From Thermoplasmatota archaeon (lineage in GTDB: Archaea; Thermoplasmatota; E2; JACPAO01; JAHFTW01): DNA of 64,000 bases. The notes under the pieces are model-generated. The model saw nothing but the letters and a program-made list of their open reading frames with translations. It was not told the DNA's origin and did no database searches. Both the position numbers and the translations under genes were made by a program. The stretch lies in contig JBFIHX010000007.1 in NCBI GenBank assembly GCA_041601615.1, forward strand, positions 93,468 through 157,467, given 5' to 3'. This document shows, piece after piece, positions 57,749 through 64,000 of this stretch. The number at the start of each line of letters is the position of its first letter. Position 1 is the stretch's first letter.

Positions 57749-58226
57749 GCTGAAACCGCGCGTCAAATTCGGCAACCTAGCGCCGCGCACAAGTTCTGGC
57801 TGCTCCAGGCACCAAGGGTTTTCCCTGCCGTTGTTGCGCCGTGACGCTCTGAGCCAAGTCGCGCACCATCTTGCCACCGATTGCGAGTCCGATTTCAGCG
57901 CCAATCACCCTTCCAATTCCTACACCACACCCTGCTCCGATTCCTGCTGTGACCCCGACCCGCCCTTCCGTTCCCGTCACGGACCCAACAACTGAGTAGG
58001 GGAGCCGCGCCAAGGTCCGCCGCTGAACTTTGCAACCAGCGAAGTGAGCCGAGGCCAAGGAAGAGTCAGCAACCCGGACCAACAACCCAGATTAGCAACC
58101 CTCAGTTGCCGGGGGCAAGACACGCGCCAATCCGCGCCAAGCACGGACGGCGCACCGCCACCCACTCGCCCACATTCCCTGGGAACGAAACCATGGCCTC
58201 GCCCATGGAAGCCGCCAATGCACGCC

Positions 58227-60716
58227 CTAACGCCGACTCACTCCCGCAAGCACCCGCACAGCCTTGAGCGGCCGTATTGAGCGTGGATGAGGCTCGGGTT
58301 CGATGACATCCTCGGCGTGCTTGGAGTTTCCCAGCGGAATGCCCTGGTAGTGCATCGGCTTGAGCGTACGATACGACAAGTACGCATAGATCGGCGCGCA
58401 CAGGAAAAACAATCCATACATTGCCAACCACGCGGGAAGCAGCACAAGGGTGGGCGAGTCGAGCATCTCCGGCCGGACATTCAATGCCGCCACAGTGACC
58501 AGCGTTGCACCCACGAGACTTTCCACCTTGGCAATGCGCAACGCCCGCAAGAACGCCGCCACTCGGCCCAAGCGACGGCCCGGGTCTTTGGGTGTGCGCA
58601 CGAACGGGGTCTTGAAGCCAAGGATGCACTTCAGCACCGCGACCAAATTGGTGAACTTGATGGCAAACCACATTCCCTGCACAAGCAAGGCATCACGCAC
58701 CCGAATGTGACCGGCATTGGAGAGCACCAAATGCAGCCGCACGACGCTGTCCACGAGCAAAAACACAGGCACCAAGGACAACAACACGAGTTCGCGTTGG
58801 TGGTGCGTCACCGCATCGTAGCCAAGCACAGTGCCTAGGCCAAGATACAGCAAAATGCCGGCGATGGTGGCGACGAATACGCCATCAAACCAATGCAGGT
58901 TCGACACGAGGTAATCCAGTTTCTGGCGGCGATGCATGCGTGATCCAAGAATCATCCCGAAGCGCGAAAACAAGATCTTGACGTTGCCAAACGCCCAGCG
59001 ATGAAACTGCTTCTTGTACGCCTCGAACACCGCAGGCATCAGCCCGTGGCCATAGGTCCGATCCACGTACAACGAATTCCAACCGGCCGCCACAAGGCGC
59101 ACGCTGATCTCGGCGTCCTCGCAGATTTGATCCTCTGCAAAACCACCAACTTGGTTGAATGCACTGCGCCGAATGATGCCCATCGTGCCACAGAAAATGA
59201 TGGTGTTTTCCTCGTTCCGGCTGGGCATGATTGCATGGTAGAAGTACGCCTCCGCGCGCTTGTACTGCCGCGTCAAAAACGACTCGCCCTCGTTGCGGTA
59301 GTCCTGCGGGGTCTGAAGAAAACCGATTTCAGGATCGACGAAATGCCCAACGAGGCTGGATACGAAGTCCGAATCCACCCAGTAGTCTGCATCCACGATG
59401 CCGATGAGCTCAATGTCGGGTGCCAACAAATTGGTGACATGGTTGAGCGCCCCCGCCTTGAACCCATGCCGCTTGGCGCGAGTGATGTGGTAGGCGCCAT
59501 GTTTTTCGCAGAACCGTTGCAGCCGATTCCGCAGTTCCTCATCCGTGCTGTCGTCCGCGACCACCACGACGAATCGATCGCGTGGATAATCCTGCTCCAA
59601 CAGATGCATGATGGTTTGCTCCACCATCTCGGCCGGCTCGTTGAACACCGGAACCTGAAGAGCAATCTTGGGCTTGAAGTCCGGGTCCCACGGTCGCTCT
59701 TGAGGAGTCCGCGACCACCGGCGCCTCGTTGCCGCATCCACGGAATAAAATGAGAAAATGACCACCAAGCCCAGGCCGGCCGTTTCGGCTGCTAGCAGAA
59801 TGTAGCTCAACCAACGCTGACCGTCCGGCACGCGAGGAATCGACACCGCAAGCGAGTACGCAAGATAGCCAACCGTGAGTGACAAGAGCGCAACGAAACT
59901 CATGAGCCCCGCGACGCGCCAACGGTAGCGCCCCACGGCAGCACCAATCACGGCACCTGCCGCCACGAGGCACAACTCCCAGTAGGTGAACGAGTGCAAG
60001 GGCCTGGATAGCTCTCCGGGAAGCGAATTGACAGGAGCCGCCGCGAGCACAGTTGCCGCCACAATGGCCGCGCCGATCCAGTACGTGACAAATCCACAAC
60101 CGGACCCAATGATGCCACCAAACAACGCACGGCGATGGTTCGGGCTCCAAGAACTACTGCGGCGATCCAGGCTCCGTTGCTCTCGTCGAGTCAACTGCAC
60201 CGGTCGCACAATGTCGAACACACACGCCCCGTCGCCCACGGGATCACACGCATGCTCCTCCACCGTCGTGCCGTGCATAATCCGGCCCGCCGCCAATTCC
60301 AGCCAGCGCCGCTCCACTTCACAGCCACTAGCTTGACGCCCATGCACTCGGCACGATCGGCATCCTTCCATGCGCACCCGGCAACGCCGCTCATCCATCA
60401 ACAACAACGTACCCTTGCCCAGACCCGCCTGGCTTGCCTGATGCAACAAACGCAGCACCCAGCGCGGACTCGGGCCCCGGGGACTGGCAAGAAACACCGC
60501 CTCCACGGGCTTGCGTCGACGCCTACCATGCGGCATCAACGGTGACGCAGGAGCACCACGAACGCTGCCTGCCAATGACATCACAAGTGCGGCACCTAAG
60601 ACACAAAGCCCGCCCAAAATCAAAATCATTCCACCCTTGCCCGCCGGCAAAAACGGACGAGCCGCAAGCAATTCCAGTACGGTCACGGCAAACGGCTGCA
60701 GATCCATGGTGGTCAC
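58227..60716 (-). CDS. Processive cellulose-synthase-like GT2 with N-terminal V4R-like domain
   Basis: VPVFNE, DDSTD, FKAGALN, DADY, QTPQDY, FCGT, CEDAE, QFHRW and flanking TMs. The N-terminus has C-x2-C...C...EE..C......C.F. Confidence 0.85.
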   Translation of the reverse strand: MTTMDLQPFAVTVLELLAARPFLPAGKGGMILILGGLCVLGAALVMSLAGSVRGAPASPLMPHGRRRRKPVEAVFLASPRGPSPRWVLRLLHQASQAGLGKGTLLLMDERRCRVRMEGCRSCRVHGRQASGCEVERRWLELAAGRIMHGTTVEEHACDPVGDGACVFDIVRPVQLTRREQRSLDRRSSSWSPNHRRALFGGIIGSGCGFVTYWIGAAIVAATVLAAAPVNSLPGELSRPLHSFTYWELCLVAAGAVIGAAVGRYRWRVAGLMSFVALLSLTVGYLAYSLAVSIPRVPDGQRWLSYILLAAETAGLGLVVIFSFYSVDAATRRRWSRTPQERPWDPDFKPKIALQVPVFNEPAEMVEQTIMHLLEQDYPRDRFVVVVADDSTDEELRNRLQRFCEKHGAYHITRAKRHGFKAGALNHVTNLLAPDIELIGIVDADYWVDSDFVSSLVGHFVDPEIGFLQTPQDYRNEGESFLTRQYKRAEAYFYHAIMPSRNEENTIIFCGTMGIIRRSAFNQVGGFAEDQICEDAEISVRLVAAGWNSLYVDRTYGHGLMPAVFEAYKKQFHRWAFGNVKILFSRFGMILGSRMHRRQKLDYLVSNLHWFDGVFVATIAGILLYLGLGTVLGYDAVTHHQRELVLLSLVPVFLLVDSVVRLHLVLSNAGHIRVRDALLVQGMWFAIKFTNLVAVLKCILGFKTPFVRTPKDPGRRLGRVAAFLRALRIAKVESLVGATLVTVAALNVRPEMLDSPTLVLLPAWLAMYGLFFLCAPIYAYLSYRTLKPMHYQGIPLGNSKHAEDVIEPEPHPRSIRPLKAVRVLAGVSRR

Positions 60717-60909
60717 CCAACGAGTGCAACAGCCAACGGCCCGGACGCGCCCGGGCAGTCACCCGTCCGCACTCGCCTGACCCATCACTCGTCGGCCCAC
60801 GCACAAGGGCATACAGGGACAGAATCGTGGTACGCTGGCCGAAATCCGTTCCCCGTTCGCCGCCACGTCCGGCCAAAAACCCCATGCCGACACAGACCCA
60901 ATCAAGTTC

Positions 60910-61920
60910 ATGGCCGAGCCCACGGCATCGCCACCTCTGCTCCACGGCAAGCAAATCGTGGTGCTTCCCGACCTCTACATCGACGCCGTCGCCCATATTG
61001 GCCCCTGGTCCCAAGCACGCCACCACATGGACGAAATCGCGGGGCACGGCGGCGGCAACCTACCCGTAGGACCCGTGGAATTTCGCATTGGAGGCAATGC
61101 CGCCAACCTCGCCCTAGGACTCGCCCGCCTGGGCGCCAACGTCGACCTTGTAGCCGAAACGAATCCACTCGGCATGCACTTGATGCAACGCGCAGCCGAC
61201 AAACTGCCCCTGCGCCTCGACAGCGTGCGCGTCGGCGAACGAACCGCAGCCACCATGGCCATGGAAACAGACGACGCCAACGTCATGCTCAGCCACGCCG
61301 GACCCGTTGCACACTTCGGACCCCAACACATGACCCGCGAAGAGTGGCAACGCATCGAAAACGCCGACGCCGTAGCCGTAACAAACTGGGCCCAAACCCT
61401 CGAAGGCACCCAATTGCTCGAAACCATCGCGCAGCGGCTTGCCGGCTCGAACGTCTTTCTCTACCTCGACACCGGCGACCCCCGCCACCGCATGGCCGAG
61501 GTGCCGCATCTGCTATCCTGCGCAACGATTTGGAAAAACGCCTCCGCCTGGGGCATGAACGAAAACGAAGCCCACGCATTCACCACCGCAGCCAACCTGC
61601 CCCCAACCAACGACGCATCCCTCGCCGCCGGAGCCCTCGCCCAACATCTCGGCACCCGAATCGATTTGCACACCCGTACGCAGGCCACAACCCACCACCC
61701 CGACGGCACACGGCACACCGAATCCTTGCCCACCAACGCCCCCGCCGCCCAGCGCCTCACCGGAGCAGGCGACGCATGGAACGCCGGCAACCTCACAGGC
61801 TACCTCCTCCACTGGCCCGACGCCACGCGCCTGCAATTTGCCCACCAAACCGCCACGCAACACGTCACCAAAGCCTGGCCCCAGATGCCGCCAAACCCCC
61901 CGCATCTCGCCAAAAAATAG
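60910..61920 (+). CDS. PfkB-family carbohydrate kinase
   Basis: GGNAAN.A.GLARLG, MNENEA and TGAGDAWNAG. Confidence 0.85.
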   Translation: MAEPTASPPLLHGKQIVVLPDLYIDAVAHIGPWSQARHHMDEIAGHGGGNLPVGPVEFRIGGNAANLALGLARLGANVDLVAETNPLGMHLMQRAADKLPLRLDSVRVGERTAATMAMETDDANVMLSHAGPVAHFGPQHMTREEWQRIENADAVAVTNWAQTLEGTQLLETIAQRLAGSNVFLYLDTGDPRHRMAEVPHLLSCATIWKNASAWGMNENEAHAFTTAANLPPTNDASLAAGALAQHLGTRIDLHTRTQATTHHPDGTRHTESLPTNAPAAQRLTGAGDAWNAGNLTGYLLHWPDATRLQFAHQTATQHVTKAWPQMPPNPPHLAKK

Positions 61921-62067
61921 ACCCGCAAAGGCCCCGGCTGGGCCCGACCAAAACCCGCAACGACCACCCTTTCGGCGCAATCCAGCGGCCACCACACACC
62001 AACACCCAACCCCCGCGCCGCGAGTGAACCATACCCTTATGCTCGCCAGCGAGGGAACCATCATTCG

Positions 62068-64000
62068 ATGATTTCCCTCTTGACAGGGAACTCCCGCATC
62101 CTGCTTACCATCGATGAGCACGGAGGCTGGACGGACCTGTTCTACCCCTACGCGGGGCTCCACCAGCAACTACGCCACGCACGACTCGGAATCTACGACG
62201 AAGGCGCCAAAGCCATGAGTTGGGTCGACCAAGGAGGCGACCCACCCCTCGAATTCGGATACATCGACGGATCCAACGCCAGCCGCGTGCGCCTGCACCG
62301 ACTCGGCCTCGACATCACTCTCGACGACATGGTCCACCCAGACCTAGACATCATCATCCGCCGCATCACCCTCAGCAACCCCACCGCCGCGCCCCGCCGC
62401 ATCCGACTCTTCCACTATCAATGCCTCAGCATCGGCGGCTCCATCTACCAAGACACCGCCTACTGGGACCCCAAAAAACAAACCATCGTCCAATACAAAC
62501 GCAGCTATTATTTCCAAGTCTGCGGCCAACCCCGCTTCGACCACTACACCTGCGGCGAACATACCCTCAAAGGACTCCTTGGAAGCTACGTCGACGCCGA
62601 AGACGGACGACTCGAAGGCAACGCCATCAGCCACGGATCCGCCGACAGCATCGTCCAATGGAACCACCAAATCCCACCACACGGCGAAGTCGTCACCCAC
62701 CTCTTCGTACTCGTCGGCCGCTCCCTCAAAGACGTCAACCGCCTCTACGGACTCCTCGATGGCCGCGACCCAGGCCTCTTCACCGCCGAAACCATCGGCT
62801 ACGGCAACCACTGGATCGACAACCTCCGCCCCCAACTCGCCCCCGACCTATCCCCACAAGCCAACGCCGTCTACCGCCGCAGCCTCTTCGTCATGCACCA
62901 CTGCACCTCCCCCAACGGCGCCATCATCGCATCCCCCGACTCCCGCACCAACCGCTCCAACGGCGACGGCTACAACTACTGCTGGTGGCGCGACGGCGGC
63001 TACGTCTGCATGGCCATGAGCGAAGCCGGACTGCACGAAAGCGCCGCAGCCTTCCTTCGCTTTGCCGCCAAGTGCCAAGAAGAAGACGGATCGTTTTTGC
63101 ACCGCCACTTCCCCGACGGCTACCTCGGCGCCACATGGCACCCTCCAAGCTTCGTCCAAGTCGACCAAACCGCCACCGTCGTCGAAGCCGCATGGCACCA
63201 CTACGAATGCACCGGCAACCTCGACGAACTCCTCGAACACTGGGACATGGTCCGCCGCGCCGCCGACTTTTTGATGCGATTCGTAGACGAACAAGGCCTA
63301 CCCCGACCCAGCTTTGACCTCTGGGAAGAACACAAAGTCGTCGGCGCATACAGCGTCGCCTCCGTCATTCGCGGCCTACGCGTCGCTGCCAAAGTAGCCC
63401 AATCACTCGCCAAACGAGGCGACTTCTGGGCCCGCGCCGCCGACCACATGCACGAAGCCGCCATCCGCGAACTCTGGAACGACGACACCGGCACCTACTA
63501 CAAGAGCACCGGACCGAAAGACCCCACCATCGACGCCTCCGCCCTGCTCGTCGACCTCTTTGCACCCGACGACCCACGCACCGCATCCTCCATCCAAGCC
63601 ATCGAACAACGACTCTGGACCGGCAGCATCGGCGGCATCGCACGCTACGAAGGCGACCAATACTACGGCGAAGAAAACCCCTGGATCATCTGCACCCTCT
63701 GGCTTGCCCAAGCCCACATCCGACGCGGCAACCTCGACCACGCCCGCACCCTCATTGACTGGGTCGCCGACTGCGCCGGCCCCGGCGACCTCCTGCCCGA
63801 ACAACTCCACGCCACCAGCGGCGCACACACCAGCGTCGTCCCCCTCGTCTGGAGCCATTCAACGTTCGTCCAAACCATCCACGCCTACACCACCGCCCGA
63901 GCCAGCACCCCAAATCCCGACGAAGCAACCGAGCAAACAACCACCCCCACAACCACCACAACCGCCGCAAAACCAGTCATCGCCACCCCCCGCACCCCCA
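62068..64000 (+). CDS. Glucoamylase / GH15 family; 3' end outside window (absent from ORF track)
   Basis: The frame from ATG 62068 reads MISLLTGNSRILLTID...DLFYPYAG. It contains GAIIASPD, YNYCWWRDG, QVDQT, FDLWEE, RYEGDQY, NPWIICTLW, LLPEQ and PLVWSHS. Confidence 0.9.
   Translation, partial: MISLLTGNSRILLTIDEHGGWTDLFYPYAGLHQQLRHARLGIYDEGAKAMSWVDQGGDPPLEFGYIDGSNASRVRLHRLGLDITLDDMVHPDLDIIIRRITLSNPTAAPRRIRLFHYQCLSIGGSIYQDTAYWDPKKQTIVQYKRSYYFQVCGQPRFDHYTCGEHTLKGLLGSYVDAEDGRLEGNAISHGSADSIVQWNHQIPPHGEVVTHLFVLVGRSLKDVNRLYGLLDGRDPGLFTAETIGYGNHWIDNLRPQLAPDLSPQANAVYRRSLFVMHHCTSPNGAIIASPDSRTNRSNGDGYNYCWWRDGGYVCMAMSEAGLHESAAAFLRFAAKCQEEDGSFLHRHFPDGYLGATWHPPSFVQVDQTATVVEAAWHHYECTGNLDELLEHWDMVRRAADFLMRFVDEQGLPRPSFDLWEEHKVVGAYSVASVIRGLRVAAKVAQSLAKRGDFWARAADHMHEAAIRELWNDDTGTYYKSTGPKDPTIDASALLVDLFAPDDPRTASSIQAIEQRLWTGSIGGIARYEGDQYYGEENPWIICTLWLAQAHIRRGNLDHARTLIDWVADCAGPGDLLPEQLHATSGAHTSVVPLVWSHSTFVQTIHAYTTARASTPNPDEATEQTTTPTTTTTAAKPVIATPRTP

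Overview
GC-rich archaeal chromosome segment, most consistent with Thermoplasmatota. The archaeal markers are RadA, TFE, aTrm56, CTP-dependent riboflavin kinase, archaeosortase A, archaetidylserine synthase/decarboxylase and tRNA-Thr(CGT). The left half is mostly housekeeping (artA-psd-pssA, korAB, MutS-like, ribK-trm56-tfe-HD, a flippase/GT2 operon, radA). It also holds an integrase-less integron-like array at about 7.36-10.22 kb: an attI-like site, two attC sites and two cassettes, one encoding a SIR2-family protein. The right half (about 30.6-60.7 kb) is a large surface-glycan/exopolysaccharide locus. It contains a cellulose-synthase-like GT2 with an N-terminal V4R-like domain, GT2/GT4/GT-C transferases, a flippase, two GH26-like secreted hydrolases and two FG-GAP beta-propeller proteins. 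It also carries nine copies of a Trp-rich module resembling expansin domain 2, and a second archaeosortase with three substrates sharing an 'IPVFP' 28-residue C-terminal sorting signal. An AbiE-type toxin-antitoxin pair is inserted in this locus. All assignments come from reading motifs by eye; no database searches were run.
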